A program made the position numbers and the translations under genes. Below the pieces are notes generated by a model. It had not been told where the DNA came from. It searched no databases and saw only the letters and a list, made by a program, of their open reading frames with translations. 64,000 nt of DNA from Bacteroidota bacterium (GTDB lineage Bacteria > Bacteroidota > Bacteroidia > Bacteroidales > FEN-979): positions 8,668 to 72,667 of the forward strand of contig JBAXLI010000013.1 of the NCBI GenBank assembly GCA_037134895.1, written 5' to 3'. Below, piece by piece: positions 53,848-63,058 of the stretch (its first letter is position 1; the number at the start of each line of letters is the position of its first letter).

Positions 53848-54972
53848 ATGATCATAGGATTACTTAAGGATGAATTGCCCGAACGAAGGGTTGCTCTCTT
53901 ACCTGAAGCTGTCAAGACTCTGACTGATATGAAAGTTACAGTGATAGTCGAGACTGATGCAGGGATGAATGCATTTGCTTCAGACAGGGATTATGAGGCC
54001 GCAGGTGCTTCTGTTAAGCAAAAGGAAGATATCCTGAGCTCCGCTGACGTCCTGATCAAGGTACAGGGGCCAGGTAAGGCTGAACTCGAGAGACTGAAGG
54101 CCGGACAGGTGTTCCTGGGGGTATTCAGTCCTCTGATCAACACAGGCCTGGTCAAGGAATTATGTTCCAAAAGTATAACCAGTTTCAGTCTTGACATACT
54201 GCCTCGTACCACCCGTGCACAGGCAATGGACATTCTTTCATCCATGGCAACTGTTGCAGGATATAAAGCCGTGCTGACTGCTGCAAACAACCTGCCCAAA
54301 TTCTTCCCCATGTTCATGACTGCTGCAGGTACCATTATTCCAGCCAAGGTCCTGATTCTTGGAGCCGGTGTTGCAGGACTTCAGGCACTTGCCACCTCCA
54401 GGAAGCTGGGTGCTGTGGTCGAGGTGTTTGATGTACGTGCAGCGGTAAAGGAAGAGGTCGTGGGGCTGGGCGGAAAATTCATAGATGTTGAAGGAGCTGT
54501 AGAAGATAAATCTGCCGGGGGATATGCCGTTGAACAGGGTGAGGAATTCAGGAAAAGACAGGCGCAGGCTATACATGATCATGCTCTGAAGTCTGACGTT
54601 GTGATTTGCACAGCCCAAATCCCAGGGTGTAAAGCACCTCTTTTGCTGCGCAGGGAGACTGTCGAAGGAATGAAGGCCGGAGCAGTGATTATCGACCTCG
54701 CCTCATCGACCGGGGGGAACTGTGAACTGACAAGGGATAATGAATCCATTGTTCACGGGCAGGTCAGGATAATCGGGAATTCAGCATTTCCGGCCGAGAT
54801 GCCCTCTGATTCCAGCAAGATGTTCGGAAAAAACGTGATCAATTTCCTTAAACTGATGATCAGCAGCAAGGGAGATTTCAATCTGAACTGGGACGATGAC
54901 CTCATAAAGGGAACATGTGTAACCCATAATGGGGAAATCATTAGCGAACGAGTCAAATCTGTTATGAAATAA
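53848..54972 (+). CDS. pntAA: NAD(P) transhydrogenase subunit alpha part 1
   Basis: Alanine-dehydrogenase/PNT fold. E.RVAL.PE start, and ILGAGVAGLQALATSRKLGAVVEVFDVR Rossmann motif. Confidence 0.9.
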   Translation: MIIGLLKDELPERRVALLPEAVKTLTDMKVTVIVETDAGMNAFASDRDYEAAGASVKQKEDILSSADVLIKVQGPGKAELERLKAGQVFLGVFSPLINTGLVKELCSKSITSFSLDILPRTTRAQAMDILSSMATVAGYKAVLTAANNLPKFFPMFMTAAGTIIPAKVLILGAGVAGLQALATSRKLGAVVEVFDVRAAVKEEVVGLGGKFIDVEGAVEDKSAGGYAVEQGEEFRKRQAQAIHDHALKSDVVICTAQIPGCKAPLLLRRETVEGMKAGAVIIDLASSTGGNCELTRDNESIVHGQVRIIGNSAFPAEMPSDSSKMFGKNVINFLKLMISSKGDFNLNWDDDLIKGTCVTHNGEIISERVKSVMK

Positions 54973-54986
54973 TAAAACTCTTGACA

Positions 54987-55298
54987 ATGACCGAAATCTT
55001 GAAATTTTTCATGGAGTACAGGGAGGCAATATTCATCATTATCCTGTCGATATTCCTGGGCATAGAAGTGATTTCTCATGTTCCTTCCGTCCTTCACACC
55101 CCTCTGATGTCTGGTGCCAATGCCATCCACGGAGTGGTCATCATAGGGGCAATCATCGTGATGGGGCATGCACAGAATACTCTTTCAATGATCCTGGGTT
55201 TTATTGCCGTGATCCTTGGTACTCTCAACGTTGTCGGTGGCTTCGTAGTCACCGACCGCATGCTTGAGATGTTCAGCAAGAAGAAAAAACAAAAGTAG
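54987..55298 (+). CDS. pntAB: NAD(P) transhydrogenase subunit alpha part 2 (membrane)
   Basis: About 100 aa with 3 TM segments. HTPLMSGANAIHG motif. Located between pntAA and pntB. Confidence 0.85.
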   Translation: MTEILKFFMEYREAIFIIILSIFLGIEVISHVPSVLHTPLMSGANAIHGVVIIGAIIVMGHAQNTLSMILGFIAVILGTLNVVGGFVVTDRMLEMFSKKKKQK

Positions 55299-55306
55299 GA
55301 GGAGAA

Positions 55307-56779
55307 ATGGGAACTTTGGAAACCTTGACACGAACCTTTGAATTTTCGGAATATATTTCAATTCTTGAGATCTCCTATATTCTTGCCTCAATCCTGTTTA
55401 TCCTGGGGCTGAAAAAACTAAGCCATCCTGATACTGCAAGAAGCGGCAACCTCTGGGCTGCAGCCGGTATGGGACTTGCCATACTCTTCACTATTCTTTT
55501 TCATAAGACTAAGACTGCGGATGGCACATACCAGGGCATCCATAATATCGGCTGGATCTGCGCGGCACTGGTTACAGGCAGCATCGTTGGCTGGATGGCT
55601 GCAAAGAAGGTAAAAATGACTGCTATGCCCCAGATGGTTTCCCTGTTCAACGGCATGGGAGGTGCCTGCGCAGCCCTTATTTCACTGATGGAATTCCCGA
55701 AAATGCAAAACATGCTTGCTGGTACAGGGGCCACAACTATGTTTAATGGTGAAGCCCTTGCCATTTTGCTTGGACTCATGATCGGGGGCGTTTCTTTCGC
55801 TGGCAGCATGATTGCATTCGGCAAACTGGATGAACGCATTGGTGATATCAAAACCCCTCTTCTCAGATACATCAACCTGTTTCTCCTTTTTCTTCTCCTG
55901 GGAATGGTTGTGTATATAATGACCATGACCCCTCAGAAAGACAGCAACATGATGATCTATATTCTGGCTTTGCTTGCTCTGCTTTACGGAATCACCTTTG
56001 TAATGCCTATCGGAGGAGCCGACATGCCCGTAGTAATATCCCTGCTCAATTCATTTACAGGAGTTGCAGCAGCGATGGGAGGTTTTCTATACAGTAACCA
56101 GGCTATGCTAACCGGTGGTATACTGGTCGGATCCTCGGGAACCATCCTTACCATACTCATGTGCAAGGCCATGAACCGTTCACTTCTAAATGTAATCATC
56201 GGAGCCTTCGGCGGAAGCTCAGCAGGGGCTGGTGAAGCAGGAGACAAAGCCGTTAAGGAAATTTCATTGAGCGACGCAGCTGTTCTGCTTAGTTATTCTC
56301 AAAAGGTACTGATTGTTCCTGGTTACGGACTGGCTGTTGCCCAGGCCCAGCATCTATGTCATGAGCTTGAAAATCTCCTCCAGGCCAAGGGTGTTGAAGT
56401 AAAATACGGAATTCATCCGGTTGCAGGCCGCATGCCCGGACATATGAACGTGTTGCTTGCTGAAGCTGATGTGGCCTATGAAAAACTTATGGAAATGGAA
56501 GATGCCAACAATGAAATGAACAATACCGATGTGGTCATTGTGATTGGTGCCAACGACGTTGTAAACCCCGCAGCTGAAGACGACCCCTCCTCTCCTATCG
56601 CAGGAATGCCAGTCATAAGGGTGTGGGAGGCAAAAAACACTATTGTAATGAAACGCAGCATGGCCAAGGGATATGCCGCTATCGAGAATAATCTCTTCTT
56701 CATGCCTAAAACAAGGATGCTTTTCGGGGATGGCAAAACTACAATGCAGAAGCTTGTAGCTGAGATTAAAAACCTCTGA
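55307..56779 (+). CDS. pntB: NAD(P) transhydrogenase subunit beta
   Basis: N-terminal TM domain plus C-terminal NADP(H) domain (VPGYGLAVAQAQH...GIHPVAGRMPGHMNVLLAEA...VIGANDVVNPAA). Confidence 0.9.
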   Translation: MGTLETLTRTFEFSEYISILEISYILASILFILGLKKLSHPDTARSGNLWAAAGMGLAILFTILFHKTKTADGTYQGIHNIGWICAALVTGSIVGWMAAKKVKMTAMPQMVSLFNGMGGACAALISLMEFPKMQNMLAGTGATTMFNGEALAILLGLMIGGVSFAGSMIAFGKLDERIGDIKTPLLRYINLFLLFLLLGMVVYIMTMTPQKDSNMMIYILALLALLYGITFVMPIGGADMPVVISLLNSFTGVAAAMGGFLYSNQAMLTGGILVGSSGTILTILMCKAMNRSLLNVIIGAFGGSSAGAGEAGDKAVKEISLSDAAVLLSYSQKVLIVPGYGLAVAQAQHLCHELENLLQAKGVEVKYGIHPVAGRMPGHMNVLLAEADVAYEKLMEMEDANNEMNNTDVVIVIGANDVVNPAAEDDPSSPIAGMPVIRVWEAKNTIVMKRSMAKGYAAIENNLFFMPKTRMLFGDGKTTMQKLVAEIKNL

Positions 56780-56800
56780 TTCCTACTGTTTGAAAAGATA

Positions 56801-56838
56801 AAAAAAAAGCCGCTCTAACAGGGCGGCCTTTTTTTTAA
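56801..56838. terminator. Bidirectional rho-independent terminator between convergent genes
   Basis: A-tract, then GCCGC, loop TCTAACAGG, GCGGC, then T-tract (AAAAAAAAAGCCGC...GCGGCCTTTTTTTT). Confidence 0.65.
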
Positions 56839-56848
56839 TTGAGTAAGC

Positions 56849-57124
56849 TTACTTTTTCTTAGGAGCTTTAGGAGCTTTTGCTTTCTTGATCAGACCTTTC
56901 TTGATCGAATCTTCGTGTGCAATTGAATCAGCTTTCTTCTTTTCATCAGCTGCCTTTGCAATTGAATCAGCAATTCTCTGCTGTTCAGCCTGGACCATTG
57001 CTAATGAATCAGCTACGCGGATAGAGTCAGCAATTCTTTTTTCTTCCAGTTCTTTTGCGCTTGGGCCGCAAGCATACATGAAAGCTACAGCACCTACTAC
57101 TAATAATGTTGCAAATTTTTTCAT
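56849..57124 (-). CDS. Small lipoprotein with repeated ADSI motifs
   Basis: Lipobox (MYAC). Helical Lys/Ala-rich body with five (I/V)ADS(I/L)-type repeats. Confidence 0.5.
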   Translation of the reverse strand: MKKFATLLVVGAVAFMYACGPSAKELEEKRIADSIRVADSLAMVQAEQQRIADSIAKAADEKKKADSIAHEDSIKKGLIKKAKAPKAPKKK

Positions 57125-57330
57125 CGTTTCGTTTGTTTTTGAATTTGATGCAAAGATAAAGCAACAATATCATACGGACCAAATTTTTGGGTCACTTTTT
57201 TTTAACATTTTTTAACATTTGGCTTATTCCACTGAAAATCAACATGAATAATTTTAACATTTTTTAAGATATTAACAATTATTCATGCGAATAAAGGCGT
57301 TTAGAAGGCATAATTGTACATTTGTTCATT

Positions 57331-58599
57331 ATGCTAATCCCCCTTGCCGAACAATTACGCCCCAATTCCCTTGATGAATACCTCGGGCAGGATCATCTTG
57401 TAGGGCAGGGGGCAATACTGCGGAAAGCGATTGAATCGGGGAATATTCCATCGATGATATTGTGGGGCCCTCCGGGTGTTGGAAAAACAACCCTGGCCTC
57501 AATAATCTCAAAGCAACTATCCAGGGATTTCTATACTCTCAGCGCAGTAAGCTCGGGTGTAAAAGAAGTGAGGGAGGTAATCGCCAGGGCAAAGGAGACC
57601 GGGACCAGTCCGTTCCTTTTCATTGACGAAATCCACCGTTTCAGCAAATCCCAGCAAGATGCTCTTCTCGGCGCAGTTGAGAAAGGGGTGATCACCTTCA
57701 TTGGAGCGACCACTGAGAATCCCTCGTTTGAGGTCATTTCACCCCTGCTCTCACGTTGCCAGATATATATCCTCAAGCCCCTGGAGGAACCTCAGCTTCT
57801 TGCGCTGATGGAGGAAGGACGGAAGATGTTAGAGCGTCAGCTTGGAAAAGAGATAAGCATAGCCGAACCTGAAGCGATCCTGCGCATCTCGGGCGGCGAT
57901 GCCCGCAAATTGCTGAATGCTCTTGAACTAATCGCCACATCCCTGAGCCATGGGGAAGATTCCATCCGCATTGACAATAAAAATTCAATAGGGATCATTC
58001 AGCAAAACCTCGCCATGTATGATAAAACCGGCGAGATGCATTACGACGTGATATCAGCTTTCATCAAATCACTCAGGGGGTCCGACCCGAATGCAGCTGT
58101 ATACTGGCTTGCCAGGATGGTTGAAGCCGGCGAAGACCCGAAGTTCATTGCAAGGCGAATGCTGATACTTGCTTCGGAAGACATTGGCAATGCGAATCCG
58201 AACGCCTTATTGCTCGCGAATACTTGTTTTCAGGCAGTGGATGTGATCGGTTATCCTGAATCCGACCTGATCCTTTCCCAGACGGCCATTTACCTCGCCA
58301 CATCGGTAAAAAGCAATGCATCCTACCTTGCCATCCGCAGTGCACAGAAGGCATGCAGGGAGAAGGGCGACCTGCCGGTTCCTCTACACATCAGGAACGC
58401 GCCTACCAAACTGATGAAAAAGATAGGATACGGCAAAGATTATAAGTACGCTCATGATTTTGACAATAACTTCGCTGAACAGGAATTCCTTCCCGACAAG
58501 ATCAGTGGTTCTGTGTTTTATAAGCCGCAGGAAAACCCGAAGGAGAAAGAAATAAGGGCGAGGTTGAGAGCGCTGTGGAAGGAAAAATACAAATATTAA
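57331..58599 (+). CDS. rarA: Replication-associated recombination protein A (AAA+ ATPase, MgsA/RarA)
   Basis: PLAEQLRPNSLDEYLGQDHL, Walker A LWGPPGVGKTT, Walker B FIDEIHRF, and a C-terminal MgsA domain (HYDVISAFIKSLRGSDPNAAVYWLARM). Confidence 0.9.
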   Translation: MLIPLAEQLRPNSLDEYLGQDHLVGQGAILRKAIESGNIPSMILWGPPGVGKTTLASIISKQLSRDFYTLSAVSSGVKEVREVIARAKETGTSPFLFIDEIHRFSKSQQDALLGAVEKGVITFIGATTENPSFEVISPLLSRCQIYILKPLEEPQLLALMEEGRKMLERQLGKEISIAEPEAILRISGGDARKLLNALELIATSLSHGEDSIRIDNKNSIGIIQQNLAMYDKTGEMHYDVISAFIKSLRGSDPNAAVYWLARMVEAGEDPKFIARRMLILASEDIGNANPNALLLANTCFQAVDVIGYPESDLILSQTAIYLATSVKSNASYLAIRSAQKACREKGDLPVPLHIRNAPTKLMKKIGYGKDYKYAHDFDNNFAEQEFLPDKISGSVFYKPQENPKEKEIRARLRALWKEKYKY

Positions 58600-58664
58600 T
58601 TACGAGTGACGAGTGACAAGTGACAAGTGACAAGTGACAAGTGACGAATGACGAGTGACGAATG
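58600..58664 (+). repeat. Heptanucleotide tandem array A, about 9 units of TGACRAR (TGACGAG/TGACAAG/TGACGAA)
   Basis: Read directly: it starts immediately after the rarA stop codon. Units begin at 58600, 58607, 58614, ... 58656. Confidence 0.9.
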
Positions 58665-58713
58665 TAATTTTAACTTGCATCTATAATTCGTAACTTAGTT
58701 AACTTTACCCATT

Positions 58714-58769
58714 AATTCGCAATTCGTAATTCGTAATTCGTAATTCGTAATTCGTAACTCGTAACTCAT
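58714..58769 (+). repeat. Heptanucleotide tandem array B, 8 units of AATTCGT (= CGTAATT phase), ending at the kdsA ATG
   Basis: AATTCGC, then AATTCGT x5, then AACTCGT and AACTCAT, followed directly by ATG at 58770. The unit is about the reverse complement of array A's ACGAATG units. Confidence 0.9.
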
Positions 58770-59582
58770 ATGATTCCCTCAAACATTCCCCATCTAACCG
58801 TCAAGGACCCGAATATGTTCTTCCTGATTGCTGGTCCGTGTGTAGTAGAAAACGACACAATGCCGTATGAGGTAGCTTCCCGCATAAAACAAATATGTGA
58901 GAGGCTAAGCATACCATATATATTTAAATCATCCTATAAAAAAGCCAACCGTTCACGCAAGGATTCCTTTACAGGGATCGGAAATGAAAAAGCGATGAGT
59001 ATAATAGCATCGGTTGGGAAAAGCCTTCATATCCCCACCCTGACTGATGTGCATACTGAGGAAGAAGCTGCATTCGCGGCTGAGTACGTTGATGTACTTC
59101 AGATCCCTGCTTTCCTTTGCAGGCAAACCGATCTTCTGCTGGCTGCAGGGAGAACAAAAAAAGCGGTCAACATAAAAAAAGGGCAATTTTCTTCACCTTC
59201 ATCCATGAAGTATGCAGTGGAAAAAATACTTAGTACAGGTAATGTAAACGCAATGCTTACCGAAAGGGGCACGACATTCGGATACCAGGATCTTATCGTG
59301 GATATGCGCGCAATTCCTGAAATGCAGAAATTCAATGTACCTGTTATCCTTGATGTAACGCACTCCCTGCAGCAGCCAAACCAGGCCGACGGTGTGACAG
59401 GAGGAAAACCCGAACTTATTGGAACCCTGGCCTGTGCAGGAATTGCTGCAGGAGTCGATGGTATTTTCATTGAAACCCATCCCAAACCTGCTACAGCAAG
59501 ATCAGACGGAGCAAACATGCTAAGGCTCGATCTGCTCGAGGGCCTGCTTGAAAGACTTGTGAAAATCAGGAAAGCCCTTTAG
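58770..59582 (+). CDS. kdsA: 3-deoxy-8-phosphooctulonate (KDO8P) synthase
   Basis: FLIAGPCVVE, FKSSYKKANRS, QIPAFLCRQTDLL, NIKKGQF, DVTHSLQ and GIFIETHP motifs. Confidence 0.9.
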   Translation: MIPSNIPHLTVKDPNMFFLIAGPCVVENDTMPYEVASRIKQICERLSIPYIFKSSYKKANRSRKDSFTGIGNEKAMSIIASVGKSLHIPTLTDVHTEEEAAFAAEYVDVLQIPAFLCRQTDLLLAAGRTKKAVNIKKGQFSSPSSMKYAVEKILSTGNVNAMLTERGTTFGYQDLIVDMRAIPEMQKFNVPVILDVTHSLQQPNQADGVTGGKPELIGTLACAGIAAGVDGIFIETHPKPATARSDGANMLRLDLLEGLLERLVKIRKAL

Positions 59583-59587
59583 CAAGG

Positions 59588-60781
59588 CTATTCAATGCTG
59601 AGACTCTTGATACCCCCGGTTTCCTTATGATATAAGACTTTCCAGTTTGAAGACGGCAGGTTGGTAATAAGGCCTAACTGGCTTATCAGGCATTGCTGCT
59701 CTTCCTGTGTATTCTCGTCCACTTTTACTGTCACCCTTGCATATTCAGGGATACGATAGAAAAACCCATTTGATTTCTCAAATTTCCCTGCTTTCTGAAG
59801 GTAAGCCGAAACTGAATTGGTATTACCCACTCTCTGAATTTTAATGGTAATCACCTTTCCTCCGCCAGCAGCGTCAAGATCCTGAACTCCCTTAGATTTG
59901 TTGAATTTCAGGACAGGGATCTCGGTATTGATCTGATTCGGTGTAGGGATATACTTGTATGAGAACGTCATGGTTTTATGAATCCTCACCCCAGTAAACA
60001 GTTTAAGGTATTCTCTTTCGAGATTTTTCAGCTGGGCATCCATGAACTCAAGGGTTTCCTTATTGTAATTCACTTCCTGGAAACCGGTGATCAGGTTAAA
60101 GCGGTTATCCTTGATCTTCGAAAGAAAGTCGGCTGCTTCCTTTGCCTTCTGTTCCGGGGTTTTTTCCACCATGGTTTTCTTCAGATACTGCCTTTCGAGG
60201 GTCATCGTATCTATGTTGACTTTACGGCGGATGGTATCGATCTTTTCAAACACGCTTACATCGGTATAATTTCTGAATAGTTCACCAAAAGCATCTTTAT
60301 CAAGCTCCAGCGGAGGTTCCTCAGAATTAAGCAGCTTATTCACCAACGTGACTGTATCGGCAGGTACCGGCAAAGTTCCCAGAATGATCCCCGCATCAGT
60401 GAGGGAGAGCAGCCCCGCCTTGACTCCCTTGCTTGCTTTACTGCCCAGTTCCACAAAATAATACTGATCGGGATCAGGCTCAAACGAGGTAGAGATGTTA
60501 ATGTCTGAAATTTTATATTCAATGGTATTGGCCTGAACAACATTCTTCAGGCCCAGGTACCTTAGTGCATAATCGGCATAAGGGCCCTGGTAGTTCTCGA
60601 TTCGGTCGATCTTCACAGTAATGTTGACAACGGTTCTGGGAAGACTGTAGAAGATACCCTCATTGGTCTGGGGGAAAGTATTATTGTCGATATGAACAAC
60701 GCTGATCTGCGCATAAGCAATACTACTTCCAAGCAGCATTAAAACGAGCGTAATCCTTTGAAAAAAAACTCTGAAAGACAT
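59588..60781 (-). CDS. Secreted hypothetical protein (possibly DUF4831-like)
   Basis: Signal peptide (SSIAYAQ) and a 397-aa soluble body. The family assignment is from weak memory only. Confidence 0.4.
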   Translation of the reverse strand: MSFRVFFQRITLVLMLLGSSIAYAQISVVHIDNNTFPQTNEGIFYSLPRTVVNITVKIDRIENYQGPYADYALRYLGLKNVVQANTIEYKISDINISTSFEPDPDQYYFVELGSKASKGVKAGLLSLTDAGIILGTLPVPADTVTLVNKLLNSEEPPLELDKDAFGELFRNYTDVSVFEKIDTIRRKVNIDTMTLERQYLKKTMVEKTPEQKAKEAADFLSKIKDNRFNLITGFQEVNYNKETLEFMDAQLKNLEREYLKLFTGVRIHKTMTFSYKYIPTPNQINTEIPVLKFNKSKGVQDLDAAGGGKVITIKIQRVGNTNSVSAYLQKAGKFEKSNGFFYRIPEYARVTVKVDENTQEEQQCLISQLGLITNLPSSNWKVLYHKETGGIKSLSIE

Positions 60782-60796
60782 AGCTTCGGAATAAAA

Positions 60797-62986
60797 TTAA
60801 TGTATAAATAACAACTCCCTGTACTTCGGCAATGGCCATACTTCATCATCGACCATCAGTTCAAGTTTATCGGAATGATAACGGATCTTCTCAAAATACG
60901 GGAACACATGGTGGCAGTATGATTTGGCTTTTTCTTCGGGATCCTGCACCCTGTTGGCTGTTTTACGGGCTTCAGTCATATCATTCACATAGGTCATGAT
61001 TTTATCGATATGTTCGGATATCTCGGTGATCTGCTCCATCTGGTTCTGGGAGATCTTGCCATACGTCTTCAGGTCAAGCACAAGTTTAAGTCCTTTTACA
61101 TTGTCGACCAGGATATTCTGGTACCTGATCGCCACCGGGATCACATGGTTTGAAACCAGGTCGCCAAGCACCCTGGATTCGATCTGGATCTTTTTAGTGT
61201 AATTTTCCAGTCCGATCTCATAATGGGCATGCACTTCCCTTGGTGTAAGAACCTGTGTACGTTCAAAAACATCAACGAATGTCTGATGTATAAAGGCTTT
61301 AAGAGCATCGGGTGTGTTTTTATGGTTTGAGAGTCCGCGTTTTGCGGCTTCCTTCAGCCATTCAGCACCGTAATTATTCCCTTCGAAGCGGATAGCTTTG
61401 GATTCCTTGATATACTTCTTGAGCAGGCCGATTATAACCTCATCCACCTGGGCCCTTTTCTTCATTGCTGTCTTGAGGTCTTTCATGAAATTATTCAGCT
61501 GGTCGGCAACGATCATGTTCAGAACGATCATGGCCGGGGCGCAGGAATGGGATGAACCTACAGCGCGGAATTCAAATTTGTTTCCCGTGAACGCAAAAGG
61601 TGAAGTCCTGTTGCGATCGGTATTGTCGAGAAGTATCTCGGGGATCTTCGGAAAATTCTTGAGAAGACCAGTATCACTGTCAAGGTTGAATTTAAAGTTT
61701 TTATCACTTTTTTCGATTGTATTCAGCCAGTGAGTAAGCTGGGCACCGATGAACACCGATATAATTCCCGGGGGAGCTTCGTTGGCTCCAAGACGATGGT
61801 CATTGCCGGGTGTAGCGATAATTGCCCTGAGAAGGTCAGCGTTTTCATGCACCGCTTTGACAATGTTGACAAGGAAGATTAAAAATCTCAGTTCTGATTT
61901 CTGGGTGTCGCCCGGACTAAGAAGATTTTCCTTGGTATTGGTTGCCAGGGACCAGTTATTATGCTTGCCTGAGCCATTTACACCGCTGAATGGTTTTTCA
62001 TGGAGCAGGACGGTAAAATTATGACGGCTGGCAACTTTCTCAATAAGGTGCATCATTAGCTGGTTGTGGTCAACCGAAAGGTTGGCTTCCTCGAACACAG
62101 GAGCACATTCAAACTGGTTAGGCGCAACTTCGTTGTGTCTTGTCTTTACCGGGATCCCAAGCCGGTGTGCCTCGAGTTCGAACTCCTGCATAAATGCAAT
62201 GACCCTCTGGGGGATAGTCCCGAAATAATGATCTTCAAGCTGCTGGTCTTTGGCCGAAGAATGTCCGAACAAAGTGCGGCCTGTAAGAACGAGGTCAGGA
62301 CGGGCGCTGAACAAAGCCTTGTCAACCAGAAAATACTCCTGTTCCCACCCCAGGGTGGAGAATACCTTGGATACGCTTTTGTCAAACAGCTGGCAAACTT
62401 CAACAGCAGCCTTATCAACTGCATGAAGGGAACGCAGCAATGGAGTTTTATAATCAAGGGCTTCACCGGTATAGGAGATGAAAACCGAAGGTATGCAGAG
62501 GGTCCTGTCCATGATAAAAGCCGGTGACGAAGGATCCCAGGCTGTATATCCCCTTGCTTCGAATGTGCTTCGTATCCCCCCGCTTGGGAAGCTTGAGGCA
62601 TCCGGTTCTTGTTGGGTAAGTTCGATACCCCTGAATTTCTCTATTCCCGATCCGCCCTCAACCGGGCTCACGAATGCATCATGCTTTTCAGCTGTGGCCC
62701 CGGTAAGTGGAAGAAACCAATGTGTATAATGGGTAGCTCCCTTGCTCATAGCCCAGGCTTTCATTCCTGCGGCTACCTGGTCGGCAATGCGCCTGTCAAT
62801 CTTCTCACCTTTTTCAATAGAATTTATTACTGCTGTATATGCTTCTTCGGTAAGGAATTCCTTCATGGCAGCCCTGTTAAACGTAAGTTCGCCAAAATAC
62901 TCCGAAGCTTTTTTATCGGGGAACGGGACAGCCCTGGGTACTCTGTCCATCGTCAATTCCAATGCTCTGAACCTGATATTTTCCAT
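60797..62986 (-). CDS. glnN: Glutamine synthetase type III
   Basis: 729 aa, the length and architecture of Bacteroides-type GS-III. Motifs: N-terminal FGELTFNR..M, HYTHWF.PLTG, EQEYFL and NGSGKHNNWS. Confidence 0.9.
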   Translation of the reverse strand: MENIRFRALELTMDRVPRAVPFPDKKASEYFGELTFNRAAMKEFLTEEAYTAVINSIEKGEKIDRRIADQVAAGMKAWAMSKGATHYTHWFLPLTGATAEKHDAFVSPVEGGSGIEKFRGIELTQQEPDASSFPSGGIRSTFEARGYTAWDPSSPAFIMDRTLCIPSVFISYTGEALDYKTPLLRSLHAVDKAAVEVCQLFDKSVSKVFSTLGWEQEYFLVDKALFSARPDLVLTGRTLFGHSSAKDQQLEDHYFGTIPQRVIAFMQEFELEAHRLGIPVKTRHNEVAPNQFECAPVFEEANLSVDHNQLMMHLIEKVASRHNFTVLLHEKPFSGVNGSGKHNNWSLATNTKENLLSPGDTQKSELRFLIFLVNIVKAVHENADLLRAIIATPGNDHRLGANEAPPGIISVFIGAQLTHWLNTIEKSDKNFKFNLDSDTGLLKNFPKIPEILLDNTDRNRTSPFAFTGNKFEFRAVGSSHSCAPAMIVLNMIVADQLNNFMKDLKTAMKKRAQVDEVIIGLLKKYIKESKAIRFEGNNYGAEWLKEAAKRGLSNHKNTPDALKAFIHQTFVDVFERTQVLTPREVHAHYEIGLENYTKKIQIESRVLGDLVSNHVIPVAIRYQNILVDNVKGLKLVLDLKTYGKISQNQMEQITEISEHIDKIMTYVNDMTEARKTANRVQDPEEKAKSYCHHVFPYFEKIRYHSDKLELMVDDEVWPLPKYRELLFIH

Positions 62987-62995
62987 ATGATAAGG

Positions 62996-63058
62996 ATTTA
63001 CGAATTACGATTTACGATTTACGAATTACGAATTACGAATTACAATTTACGATTTACG
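62996..63058 (-). repeat. Heptanucleotide tandem array C, 9 units (minus-strand reading CGTAATT/CGTAAAT), just upstream of glnN
   Basis: Plus strand reads ATTTACG AATTACG ATTTACG ATTTACG AATTACG AATTACG AATTACA ATTTACG ATTTACG. It ends 9 nt from the glnN ATG (62986) and overlaps the symporter stop codon (63054-63056). Confidence 0.9.

Noticed and set aside
57201-57266. Direct repeats TTTAACATTT x2 (57201-57220) and TTTTAACATTTTTT (57253-57266) in the lipoprotein/rarA divergent region.
   Set aside because: These are short AT-rich repeats in an AT-rich promoter region and are compatible with chance or overlapping -7/-33-like elements. There is no further structure.
58600-58769. Heptamer arrays as a CRISPR array or as coding repeats.
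   Set aside because: The units are 7 nt with no spacers, far from CRISPR geometry. No ORF spans them, and 7-nt periodicity breaks any reading frame.
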